Origin: a virus
Length of the DNA stretch: 57,842 nt
Reading direction: 5' to 3' (one strand)
Virus record (IMG/VR): IMGVR_UViG_3300029709_000016
Shown piece by piece: positions 44,437-53,224 of this stretch (its first letter is position 1; every line of letters begins with the position of its first letter). Position numbers and translations under genes: made by a program. The notes beneath the pieces are model-generated. The model did no database searches and had not been told where the DNA came from. It saw only the letters and a list, made by a program, of their open reading frames with translations.

Positions 44437-45030
44437 ATGAACAAAATTGAAATTAGCGGAAGAATCACAAAGGGGCAGGTTTTTTCTCACGAAAACCATG
44501 GTGAGAAATTTTATTCAACACAGATTACAAGTGTGAGAACGAGTGGCGTTCCGGACACGCTCAACGTTACATTTTCAGAAATTTTCCTTAAAAATATTAA
44601 GGAAGATGAACAGGTTGAAATTTTTGGAGAAATCCGAACAATGAACTATGACGGTCACTGTCACATCTTTGTATTCGCAAAAGACGTTACAGAGTATCCG
44701 GGAAAAGACGGAAATTTTGCGGAACTGGACGGATATATCTGTCGTGAACCAATTTTCCGTGAAACGCCGCTGAATAGAAAAATTACTGACTTACTGGTAG
44801 CAAGTAACCGGAAGTACGGAAAATCAGATTACATTCCTTGCGTTGCATGGGGAAGAAAAGCTGTTAAGGCAGGGCTTATGAATGTGGGTGAAAAAATCTC
44901 TTGTACCGGCAGACTACAAAGCCGTGAATATCTGAAAAGGTATGAAGACGGCACAGAAGAAATCAAGACAGCCTACGAATTGTCAATCAATAATTTACGA
45001 GAGGGGGATTCCGAAAATGGCGAAGATTAA
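44437..45030 (+). CDS. tandem OB-fold ssDNA-binding-like protein (putative)
   Basis: Two SSB/PriB-like halves (IEISGRITKG.. and AELDGYICREP..CVAWGRKA..GEKISCTGRLQSREY). Confidence 0.4.
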   Translation: MNKIEISGRITKGQVFSHENHGEKFYSTQITSVRTSGVPDTLNVTFSEIFLKNIKEDEQVEIFGEIRTMNYDGHCHIFVFAKDVTEYPGKDGNFAELDGYICREPIFRETPLNRKITDLLVASNRKYGKSDYIPCVAWGRKAVKAGLMNVGEKISCTGRLQSREYLKRYEDGTEEIKTAYELSINNLREGDSENGED

Positions 45031-45211
45031 GATTTCGAAGAAACGGTATGAAGCACTTTTGGACACAGAAACAAGAGTTCAAGTGCTTTTGAGCAAAACA
45101 AAAGCGGATAAGTACATATCACTGGTGGACATGTACAGAATTTTGGGAAATGAGTTTGAAGCCCAAAAAATTGAAAAAGAAAGGGACAAGGTGGAATGGG
45201 ATGAAGATTAA
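45017..45211 (+). CDS. small protein (64 aa)
   Basis: Internal ATG after gaggggg. Confidence 0.4.
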   Translation: MAKIKISKKRYEALLDTETRVQVLLSKTKADKYISLVDMYRILGNEFEAQKIEKERDKVEWDED

Positions 45212-47138
45212 GCTGTTAAAAATTATATTAGAAAATTTCATGTGTTATGCGCATGAAGAATTTAACTTCTTTGATTTAACAAAAATCGCCGCAATGAACG
45301 GCAAAGGAAAATCCAGTATTGCTACGGCATACAACTGGTGCCTGTTTAACTGTGATTATGAATTAAAAGATAATCCGGTTGTGCGCCGGGAAGTAGGTGG
45401 AAAGCCTGTTGATGATATGGACACCAGTTCAACACTGGTGCTTGATGTTGACGGGAAAGAAGTAATTATGAAAAAAGTGCAGAAGCGTACCTACAGTAAG
45501 GATGGCAGCAGTTATAAGGACGATAACAAGTATTTCGTCAACGATGTGCCTAAGACATTAAAGGATTTTAACGCGTATCTTGATGTTGATATGAACGTGT
45601 TTAAGATGTGTAGTAATGTGAACGCATTTCTTAATCAGAAACCGGCAGACATGAGAGAATATTTATTCAATTTAGTAGAGGACGTTTCTGATATTGATGT
45701 AGCACGCCAGCAGACCGAATTAGCCGAGTTAGTTCCACTGTTGAACAAATATGCGGCAGAGGAATTATTGGCTATGAATAAGGCTATCAAGACCAAAATT
45801 ACAAAGGATTTGCCTATTCTTGACGGACAGATTAAGGAAAAGGAAAGAGATATACAGCTTAAACAGGCCGTAGATACATCTGACCTTGAATTACAGAAGA
45901 ACAGCCTTAAAGAGCAGATTGCCGATTGTGTAGCAAAGCAGACTGACAATGATAAGCTGTTATCCGGATATGATAAGGCAAGTACCGATATTATCAATCT
46001 TAAATTTGAACTGAATGACATGGGTCGCAAGGCAAATGAAGAAAATTTCAAACAGAGAAGACGGATTGATGATGAAATCGTTGACGTCAAGCGTAAGATT
46101 GATGAAATTTCAAGAAGCATTAAAACAGCTAATGATGAAATCGAAAAAGCCAATGCAGTTATTGGCAGATACACGCTTGAATTGCAGGAAGCTAGGGGGA
46201 CGTGGACGAAATTACATGAAATGCAGTTTGACGAAAATGAAAAAATTTGTCAGATGTGCGGACAGGAGTTGCCGGCAGACAAAGTTGAATTGCTTATTAA
46301 AAACTTTGAATCTAAAAAGGCTTCGGCACTCGAAAGCGAAGCTGAAAGGGGCAACAAGATTAAATTTCTTGTGGATTCAGAAAGAGAATCTGTTGCTAAA
46401 TTGAATGAAGAAATTGCTACACACGAATCCGAAAAAAAAGAACAGGAAGCGAAGTTAAAAGACCTTGAAAGCCAATTAGCGGCACTTCCAGTTGAAATTG
46501 ATGTAACAGGAACAGACGAATACAAGGCACTTGAACAGCAGATAGTTGAAAAGGAAGAAGCTATGCACAAGGCTAATGATATTTCAGCAGTCAAGGCAGA
46601 ATTAAAAGCACAGGAAACAGCTTTAAGGCAGCAGTTAGCAGAATGTGAAAGCCGGATTGCAAAGTCTGATACGGCAGCAGACGAACAGCGACTTGAGGAA
46701 TTAAAGCAGACAAGGATTGATTCTGAACAGAATAAGGCTAATGCGGAGAAAATCCTTGATTTACTTGATGAATTAGACAAAGCGAAGAATGAAGCTTTGA
46801 CAGAAGCAGTAAGCAGCCATTTTGGGTTAGTTAAGTGGCAGTTGTTTGAATATGCCAAGAATGGCAATTACAAGAGCTGTTGCATACCGACAGTAGATGG
46901 TAAGTCAATTCTTACCACTATGTCAAACAAAGGTAACAGAATACTGGGCAAACTTGATATTTGTAATAGTATTCAAAAAATCAGTAACTTGTCAGTGCCA
47001 ATTTTCTTAGACGACAGCGAAAGCTTATCGTCTGATAATCAAAGGAAAGTTGCAAATATGATTAACAGCCAGTTGATTATGTTGATTGTTAATAACAGCG
47101 ATAAATTAGAAATTTTAAATGGAAGTGAGGAAAATTAA
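45201..47138 (+). CDS. SbcC/Rad50-like AAA ATPase with long coiled coil
   Basis: Walker A NGKGKSS, a ~350-aa coiled coil with a central CQMCGQ hook-like motif, Walker B PIFLDDSESL. Confidence 0.7.
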   Translation: MKIKLLKIILENFMCYAHEEFNFFDLTKIAAMNGKGKSSIATAYNWCLFNCDYELKDNPVVRREVGGKPVDDMDTSSTLVLDVDGKEVIMKKVQKRTYSKDGSSYKDDNKYFVNDVPKTLKDFNAYLDVDMNVFKMCSNVNAFLNQKPADMREYLFNLVEDVSDIDVARQQTELAELVPLLNKYAAEELLAMNKAIKTKITKDLPILDGQIKEKERDIQLKQAVDTSDLELQKNSLKEQIADCVAKQTDNDKLLSGYDKASTDIINLKFELNDMGRKANEENFKQRRRIDDEIVDVKRKIDEISRSIKTANDEIEKANAVIGRYTLELQEARGTWTKLHEMQFDENEKICQMCGQELPADKVELLIKNFESKKASALESEAERGNKIKFLVDSERESVAKLNEEIATHESEKKEQEAKLKDLESQLAALPVEIDVTGTDEYKALEQQIVEKEEAMHKANDISAVKAELKAQETALRQQLAECESRIAKSDTAADEQRLEELKQTRIDSEQNKANAEKILDLLDELDKAKNEALTEAVSSHFGLVKWQLFEYAKNGNYKSCCIPTVDGKSILTTMSNKGNRILGKLDICNSIQKISNLSVPIFLDDSESLSSDNQRKVANMINSQLIMLIVNNSDKLEILNGSEEN

Positions 47139-47744
47139 ATGAGTAGAGAACTGGAACTTGCAAGAGAACCTGTGAGAAAGTTGGAAGAAGCAGAAAAGAC
47201 TAATAAGGTACAGTTATCAGAATTACAGCCAGGAGAAACGTTTAAAATCGGAGAACATGATTTTATCGTTCTTGAGCAGAACGTTTGCAATGGCACAACA
47301 AATGTAATATCTAAAGGCTTTATGGCAAAGGGTATTGTTTTTGACAGCAATACAAGAGATTACAACAAATCTAATCTTAAAAGAGCTATTGAAGAAAACA
47401 TCCAACCGGTCATTGAATCAGAGATTGGAGCAGGCAACATTATTAAACAGGCGGTTAGCTTAACATCTGTTGATATGCAAGATGAGTTTAAGCCTTGTTA
47501 TTGCAAGGTAAGACCGATAACGTTTAACGAAGCAAGAAAGTATAACAATTTGCTTTTTAATAAAGGATTGGACGATTGGTGGTGGACATGTACGCCTTGG
47601 AGTACGGCTGACAGGTGTTGGGAATGTACTGTAGCCGTTGTTTCGCCGTCCGGCGATGTCCGCAACTACGGCTGTGGCGACTGCTACGGTGTTCGCCCTT
47701 TTTGTATCTTAAAATCTAATATCTTTGTATCAAAAGGAGAATGA
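47139..47744 (+). CDS. DGR variable protein 1 (201 aa)
   Basis: C-terminus DDWWWTCTPWS..VAVVSPSGDVRNYGCGDCYGVRPFCI carries VR1. No signal peptide. Confidence 0.85.
   Translation: MSRELELAREPVRKLEEAEKTNKVQLSELQPGETFKIGEHDFIVLEQNVCNGTTNVISKGFMAKGIVFDSNTRDYNKSNLKRAIEENIQPVIESEIGAGNIIKQAVSLTSVDMQDEFKPCYCKVRPITFNEARKYNNLLFNKGLDDWWWTCTPWSTADRCWECTVAVVSPSGDVRNYGCGDCYGVRPFCILKSNIFVSKGE
47631..47707 (+). repeat. DGR variable repeat VR1
   Basis: 77-nt alignment to the TR. 16 differences, all at TR adenines, plus one C/T difference in the 3-prime IMH-like end. Confidence 0.9.
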
Positions 47745-48352
47745 TTATGACATTGACAATGAAAAGCTTGCAGGAGCAGATTAATGAATTAAGAAATGAA
47801 GTTGCTGTTTTAAAAGCATTTGAAAAGACAAGAAAGATTCCTACCGGGTTAAGTGTAGGAGATACATTTAAACTTGCTGGGCTTACATGGACAATCCTTG
47901 ATATTACAGATAAAGGATATATGTGTATTGCTGACAGATTAGAGGATTCAATGAAATTTGATAGTGAATCAAATAATTGGGTTGGAAGTCAGTTGAGAGG
48001 ATATCTCAACACGAAATTTATTAAAAAAATTGCTGATGAGATAGGGGAAGAAAATATCGTTTCGTTTAATCGAAATCTTCTTTCGCTTGACGGTCAAGAT
48101 GAATATGGAAACTGCAAAGACACAGTATCTTTATTGACCGTAGATGACTACCGCAAGTACAGAAGATTTATTCCGAATACTGACGATTGGTGGTGGCTTG
48201 CAACACCATGGAGTACAAAGCGTAATAGCTATGAATATTCCGTTGCCGTTGTTTCGCCGTCCGGCAATTTCAACTACCACGGCTGTGTCAACTACTACGG
48301 TGTTCGCCCTTTTTGTATCTTTTCATCTGAACTCTTTGAATCAGAGGATTAG
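47741..48352 (+). CDS. DGR variable protein 2 (203 aa), paralog of protein 1
   Basis: C-terminus DDWWWLATPWS..VAVVSPSGNFNYHGCVNYYGVRPFCI carries VR2. ATGA overlap with target 1. Confidence 0.85.
   Translation: MIMTLTMKSLQEQINELRNEVAVLKAFEKTRKIPTGLSVGDTFKLAGLTWTILDITDKGYMCIADRLEDSMKFDSESNNWVGSQLRGYLNTKFIKKIADEIGEENIVSFNRNLLSLDGQDEYGNCKDTVSLLTVDDYRKYRRFIPNTDDWWWLATPWSTKRNSYEYSVAVVSPSGNFNYHGCVNYYGVRPFCIFSSELFESED
48243..48319 (+). repeat. DGR variable repeat VR2
   Basis: 77-nt alignment to the TR. 13 differences, all at TR adenines, plus the same 3-prime C/T difference. Confidence 0.9.
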
Positions 48353-48355
48353 TAA

Positions 48356-48727
48356 ATGGCAGAAACAGATTTAAAAGTTATTTTAAAAGCAAAAGAACTG
48401 GCAGAACATACTTTGAGGATAACTTCAAATTGTAACCGATACCCGAAAAAATACAGATTTTCATTGGTAGATAAAATGCAGAATAAATCACTTGAAATCT
48501 ATGAATATTTGTATGAAGCCAATTGGACAGACTTGAAATTATATCGCAGAGAACGGTCAGAGCTGCAGACCAAAGCAATAACACATTGCGATGAATTGCT
48601 ATTTTATATTGAATTATCAATGAAACTGAACATTGTTAATGTAAAAAGCATGGAATACTGGTCGAAAATGGTTTCTGACATTAAGCATATGGCGATTGCT
48701 TGGAGAACCAAAGACAGAGGAAGATAA
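48356..48727 (+). CDS. avd: Avd-like accessory variability determinant (four-helix-bundle family)
   Basis: 123 aa, basic. YPKKYRFSLVDKMQNKSLEIYEYLYEAN pattern. Lies between the targets and the TR. Confidence 0.7.
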   Translation: MAETDLKVILKAKELAEHTLRITSNCNRYPKKYRFSLVDKMQNKSLEIYEYLYEANWTDLKLYRRERSELQTKAITHCDELLFYIELSMKLNIVNVKSMEYWSKMVSDIKHMAIAWRTKDRGR

Positions 48728-48751
48728 AATATTATAGGTTACGCACTGTAT

Positions 48752-48828
48752 AAACCGTTGTTTCGCCGTCCGGCAATATCAACAACAACAACTGTAACAA
48801 CAACAACGGTGTTCGCCCATTCTGTATC
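48752..48828 (+). repeat. DGR template repeat (TR)
   Basis: Non-coding copy with eight AAC codons in the VR frame (aat atc aac aac aac aac tgt aac aac aac aac). 3-prime end cccattctgtatc versus VR ccctttttgtatc. Confidence 0.9.
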
Positions 48829-48926
48829 AAACAGGCAGTAAGAGTAGGCAATAAGCCGAAATCAGTAAAAGATACAAAAAAGTGCGCAACCTTTCCTAAA
48901 AGGATAAAAACAAAGGAATTATTACT

Positions 48927-49955
48927 ATGGATAAAGATATTATTTGTGATTATGAAAATTTGTACAAGGCTTATAAAAAAGCTAAAGCAGGCAAAGGCTT
49001 CAATGGAAGCAGTGCTAGGTTTCAGATGATGAATCTTGAGGGACTACATATGTTAAAAGAACAACTTGAAAATCAAACATATAGGGTGAATCCGTACAAT
49101 GAATTTAAGGTTTATGAGCCAAAGGAAAGAGTGATTAAGTCGTGTTCTTTTAAAGATAAAGTAGTACAGCATTGCTTGTGCGATAATGTGCTGCACCCGC
49201 AGTTGTCTAGTGAATTTATCAGAACGAATTATGCCGGACAAACAGGAAAAGGCACACATTTTGGAATGGATTGTTTGAAAGAGCAAATGCTTGAATTTTA
49301 CAAACAGCACGGGCTTGATGGTTGGATTTTGAAATGCGATATTACGAAGTTTTTCTATCAAATAAACCGCGATATTCTGAAAGACATAGTTGATTACTGT
49401 TTCAATGATGAGTATACAGTGTGGCTGAATCATCTATACATTGACAGTACTGACGGTTTGGGACTTCCACTTGGCAATCAAGTAGCACAAGTATACGCAT
49501 TACTTATGCTAAATGGGTTAGACCATTTTGTAACAGGCGAGTTAGGAGTGAAACTATATGGCAGATATATGGACGATTTTTATTTGATAGCGCCGAGCAA
49601 ATATTATTTGAAATGGTGTCTTGAATGTATTCGGCGGTTTGTGGAAAGTCTTGGACTATCCTTGAACGGAAAAACGCAAATAATTCCATTTAGAAGTGGA
49701 ATTTTATTTACAGGCTTTCATCATTATATCACAAAAGACGGAAAGTACATAAGAAAATTAACCAATACTAATAAGCGCAGAATCCGAAAGCGACTGCGCA
49801 AGTGGTGCAAGTTGGTTAAAACAGGGAGAATGACAGAGAAGAAGTTTTATGAAAAATACAATGCGTGGAGAAATCATGCGTTGCATGGAAATTGCATAAA
49901 GCTGTGTCATTCAATGGATTTATATGTAAAAGAATTATTAGAAAGAGAGGAATAA
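48927..49955 (+). CDS. DGR-type reverse transcriptase (342 aa)
   Basis: ILKCDITKFFYQI, GLPLGNQVAQVYA (DGR-type I/LGxxxSQ-like motif), GRYMDDFYLI (YMDD). Confidence 0.9.
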   Translation: MDKDIICDYENLYKAYKKAKAGKGFNGSSARFQMMNLEGLHMLKEQLENQTYRVNPYNEFKVYEPKERVIKSCSFKDKVVQHCLCDNVLHPQLSSEFIRTNYAGQTGKGTHFGMDCLKEQMLEFYKQHGLDGWILKCDITKFFYQINRDILKDIVDYCFNDEYTVWLNHLYIDSTDGLGLPLGNQVAQVYALLMLNGLDHFVTGELGVKLYGRYMDDFYLIAPSKYYLKWCLECIRRFVESLGLSLNGKTQIIPFRSGILFTGFHHYITKDGKYIRKLTNTNKRRIRKRLRKWCKLVKTGRMTEKKFYEKYNAWRNHALHGNCIKLCHSMDLYVKELLEREE

Positions 49956-49957
49956 TT

Positions 49958-50698
49958 ATGGCAGAGAATACGCAGTTAGTTGAATATGAATCAAATGGAG
50001 AAATGGTAAAAATTTCTCCAACAATGATAAGGAGATACCTTGTAAGCGGTGGTGGTAATGTATCTGACGGAGAAGTAATGATGTTTATGTCATTATGCAG
50101 ATACCAGCACTTAAATCCGTTTTTGAGAGAAGCATACCTTATTAAGTATGGAAGCAACGAGCCCGCCACAATAGTTACTGGAAAAGATGTTTTTACAAAG
50201 AGAGCCAATGCAGACCCACGATATAAAGGAAAGAAAGCAGGAATTATTGTAATTAAAAAGGACGGAGCTGTTGAAGAGCGAGAGGGAACAATGGTTTTAC
50301 CTAACGAAACCATCGTAGGTGGCTGGGCGAAAATCTTTATTGACGGAAAAGAGGACGAATACCAGTCAGTAGGTTTTGACGAATATGCTGGAAGAAAAAA
50401 GGACGGCTCACTCAATAGCCAGTGGGCAAAAAAACCAGCTACAATGATTAGAAAGGTTGCTGTCGTACAGGCTTTAAGGGAAGCATTTCCAGATAGATTC
50501 CAAGGCTTGTATGCACAGGAAGAATTTCAGAATATATCAGATGTAAAACTTGATACAGAAAAGGTTGTTGCTGATGAGGTTAAAGAGAACGCAAACACAG
50601 TAGATTTTGAGGAAAGCGACATTATCGACACCACAGCCACAGAAGTAACCGAAGAACAGGCAGAAGACAGTACGCTTCCACCGTTTATGCAGGAATAG
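49958..50698 (+). CDS. recT: RecT-family single-strand annealing recombinase
   Basis: ISPTMIRRYLVSGGG..FMSLCRYQHLNPFLREAYLIKYG..WAKKPATMIRKVAVVQALREAFP. Confidence 0.85.
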   Translation: MAENTQLVEYESNGEMVKISPTMIRRYLVSGGGNVSDGEVMMFMSLCRYQHLNPFLREAYLIKYGSNEPATIVTGKDVFTKRANADPRYKGKKAGIIVIKKDGAVEEREGTMVLPNETIVGGWAKIFIDGKEDEYQSVGFDEYAGRKKDGSLNSQWAKKPATMIRKVAVVQALREAFPDRFQGLYAQEEFQNISDVKLDTEKVVADEVKENANTVDFEESDIIDTTATEVTEEQAEDSTLPPFMQE

Positions 50699-50708
50699 GA
50701 GTGTAATT

Positions 50709-51143
50709 ATGGAAGATAGACATTTATTTAAAGCAAAAGATAATAAAGAGTGGGTCCGCGGAAGCTTGGTTTATACTTTTACTGGCACGCCTTATATCGT
50801 TACAGAATACGATCACATAATGAACCTTATCGGTATGCACAAGGTAGACCCATCCACAATCTGCCAATGTACAGGCTTGAAGGATAAGAACGGCAAGCTG
50901 ATTTGGGAGAATGATATTGTTGTTTATCGTGATGTCACAGAAGAAAAATATGTGATTGCGTGGGAACAGAATGAAGCTTGTTTTGAATATCAGCAATATG
51001 GTCGCTCAATAATGAATTTTGACCAATTAAGTGGTTGTGAAGTAGAAGTTATTGGCAACAAATTCGGCAATAAAGATTTGTTAGAAAGGAGTTTTTTGAA
51101 TGAGAGTAATATCACAGGACGGAATAATAGATGTTCCTTATGA
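50709..51143 (+). CDS. YopX-family protein, copy 1
   Basis: FKAKD..EWVRGSL..QCTGLKDKNGKLIWENDIV..EVIGN. Confidence 0.75.
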   Translation: MEDRHLFKAKDNKEWVRGSLVYTFTGTPYIVTEYDHIMNLIGMHKVDPSTICQCTGLKDKNGKLIWENDIVVYRDVTEEKYVIAWEQNEACFEYQQYGRSIMNFDQLSGCEVEVIGNKFGNKDLLERSFLNESNITGRNNRCSL

Positions 51144-51407
51144 AATGGCAGTTGTTTATGTTGAATGCGAAGGTGTTATTGCCAAAGTTGGTGATAAAAG
51201 ATATGTAATGGGTAGTTATTCAACAGAAAAAAGGCAGTTAAGGCTATGGAAATGTTGAGGGAGCATAATGAGGGTGTCATTTTTCTCAAAACAATAATAA
51301 ATACCGAAAAAGGTACTCCGTTCGTAAGTGGTTTGTCGAAAACTGATTTTAACAAGCTGACGCAGAATTATTTTCAGTTTCCACAGGATAATGAAATCGA
51401 GGTGTGA
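51100..51407 (+). pseudogene. Small conserved-looking gene interrupted by a frameshift at an A6 run (51227-51232)
   Basis: Strong RBS aaaggag. Frame 1 gives MRVISQDGIIDVPYEMAVVYVE..SYSTEK and stops at 51256-51258. The -1 frame continues as KAVKAMEMLREHNEGVIFLK..FQFPQDNEIEV to 51407. Confidence 0.55.
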
Positions 51408-51409
51408 GT

Positions 51410-52138
51410 ATGAGATTAAAATGCTTAGGCTCATCGTCAGCCGGAAATTGCTATCTGCTAACTTCCGACAGTGGAGAAACACTTATCCTTGATTGTGGAA
51501 TACCGATTAAGGAAATCAAGAAAGGCTTGGATTGGAACATAAGAAATGTGGTTGGCTGCATAGTCAGCCACGTTCATTCAGACCACAGCAAGTCAGTAAA
51601 GGATTTTAAAGCTATGGGAATACCAGTATTTGCCCCATACATAAGCGAAAAACCTATGAAAATTGGTAATGGAGATTTTAGAGTACAGGCATTTTACCTA
51701 ACAACAATAGACGGAAGCTGGACACATACCAATGCAGACGGAACACCTTGCCCGATATTCGGATTTCTGATTACTCACAAGGAAATGGGGAGAATGCTTT
51801 ACATAACCGATTGTGAATTAATCAAGTGGAAGTTTAAAGACATAAACCACATTCTCTTAGGTGTGAATTATGACAAGGATTTAATCGACAGGGATAACAC
51901 AGGCAAAGCTAATCACGTTTTCAGAGGTCACTTATCCATTGACACAGCTTGCGATTTTGTTAAAGCAAATCATTCAGACAACTTGCAGAACGTCATAATG
52001 TGCCATCTATCAAGTGAAAATTCTGATAGATATAGTTTTATCGAGAAGATGAAAAAAGTTGCTTGCGGGGCAAATGTGAGTGTTGCAGAAGCCAATAAAG
52101 AATGGATTCTAAAAAATCCGAATGAATGTCCGTTTTAG
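51410..52138 (+). CDS. MBL-fold metallo-hydrolase (phage nuclease-like)
   Basis: GSSSAGNCYLL..LILDCG..HVHSDH motif. Confidence 0.8.
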   Translation: MRLKCLGSSSAGNCYLLTSDSGETLILDCGIPIKEIKKGLDWNIRNVVGCIVSHVHSDHSKSVKDFKAMGIPVFAPYISEKPMKIGNGDFRVQAFYLTTIDGSWTHTNADGTPCPIFGFLITHKEMGRMLYITDCELIKWKFKDINHILLGVNYDKDLIDRDNTGKANHVFRGHLSIDTACDFVKANHSDNLQNVIMCHLSSENSDRYSFIEKMKKVACGANVSVAEANKEWILKNPNECPF

Positions 52139-52154
52139 AAAGGAGTAAACAAGC

Positions 52155-52328
52155 ATGAAAGTTAAAGAATTAATTGAGGAATTAAGCAGATACAATCCTA
52201 ATGCAGAGGTTGAATGTACATATAGCAATGATACGTTTAACATTAATGAAATTGTGGATAAAACGTTTGCAACATTTTATCCTACGGTACTTATAGAGCT
52301 TGAAAATCAAAATTTGAAAGGAAACTAG
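52155..52328 (+). CDS. small protein (57 aa)
   Basis: ATG after aaaggagt. Confidence 0.4.
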   Translation: MKVKELIEELSRYNPNAEVECTYSNDTFNINEIVDKTFATFYPTVLIELENQNLKGN

Positions 52329-52333
52329 AAAAC

Positions 52334-52432
52334 ATGATTAAAGGCAGAAAAGTCTATGACCCACTGACAGATACTTGGAGTACTGGATATTGGATTGTGG
52401 ACGACAAAGGAAATTATTACCCGGTGTGGTAG
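52334..52432 (+). CDS. small Trp-rich peptide (32 aa)
   Basis: Short ORF with a weak RBS. Confidence 0.25.
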   Translation: MIKGRKVYDPLTDTWSTGYWIVDDKGNYYPVW

Positions 52433-52444
52433 AAAGGAGCAGAA

Positions 52445-52858
52445 ATGAATATCGATGATTTTATAAAACGTGCGAAAGAAAAAGCAGAAGAATATAAATA
52501 TCGTGCGAGCTTTTTTGAGAGCAGTAATCCCATGAATACAGCTTGCATTAAAGTCGCAAAAGACCATGAACAGTTAGCTGAATGGCTTGAAAAATCCAAG
52601 GAATATCAGCAGCTAGAGAAACAGGGAAAGCTAATCAAGATACCGCTTGAAGCGTACTGCATTGTGGATTTTGAAGTACGAAAAGGCTTTGTATTAGAGG
52701 AAACATATCATATGAGTAGAAAACCTTTGCTAGTTGTTCGATATGATGATAACACTCTCAAAAGCCATAGTGGATACTTAGGAATTTCGGTATTCCTCAC
52801 AAAATCCGAAGCAGAAGCAAAACTGAAAGAATTGCGAGGTGGAGAAAATGAGCGATAA
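52445..52858 (+). CDS. hypothetical protein (137 aa)
   Basis: RBS aaaggagc. Confidence 0.55.
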   Translation: MNIDDFIKRAKEKAEEYKYRASFFESSNPMNTACIKVAKDHEQLAEWLEKSKEYQQLEKQGKLIKIPLEAYCIVDFEVRKGFVLEETYHMSRKPLLVVRYDDNTLKSHSGYLGISVFLTKSEAEAKLKELRGGENER

Positions 52859-53024
52859 GCACACCAATGCCGACAGAATCAGGAATATGTCGGATGAAGA
52901 GTTACTTGATTTTATATGTTCAATAGAAACTTATGAAGAGGGTAGCGTTAAGACTATTGAAAACGGGGTTTCAATGCACACAGTGACGGAAGTTAGGGAA
53001 TGGCTTCAATCAGAAGCAGAATAG
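52848..53024 (+). CDS. small protein (58 aa)
   Basis: ATG after ggtggaga. Confidence 0.4.
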   Translation: MSDKHTNADRIRNMSDEELLDFICSIETYEEGSVKTIENGVSMHTVTEVREWLQSEAE

Positions 53025-53032
53025 GAGAAAAT

Positions 53033-53206
53033 ATGGTTGAAAAGCCATTATATAAAAGCGTACCAACAATGAGAAATTATGAAGATTATATCAGTGAATG
53101 CGATTACGCAAAAGGTTGGAATGACGCTATGGATTTTATTTTCCCAGAAGCAAAAAAGAAGCGCGAAAAGGAAAGAATAAAGAAAAACATGTCCATAATC
53201 AAATAA
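53033..53206 (+). CDS. small protein (57 aa)
   Basis: ATG after taggagaa. Confidence 0.4.
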   Translation: MVEKPLYKSVPTMRNYEDYISECDYAKGWNDAMDFIFPEAKKKREKERIKKNMSIIK

Positions 53207-53224
53207 ATACTGAAAGGAGAAAAT

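Larger units (their letters stand above)
47139..49955 (+). mobile_element. Diversity-generating retroelement cassette (target1-target2-avd-TR-RT)
   Basis: See the component features below. Confidence 0.9.

Noticed and set aside
46250-46867. A 205-aa minus-strand ORF inside the SbcC-like ATPase gene.
   Set aside because: It is antisense to the coiled-coil coding region, has a Ser/Ala/Leu-rich low-complexity translation, and has no RBS.
49816-50415. A 199-aa minus-strand ORF overlapping the RT 3-prime end and recT.
   Set aside because: It is antisense to two well-supported genes and has no RBS or recognisable motifs.
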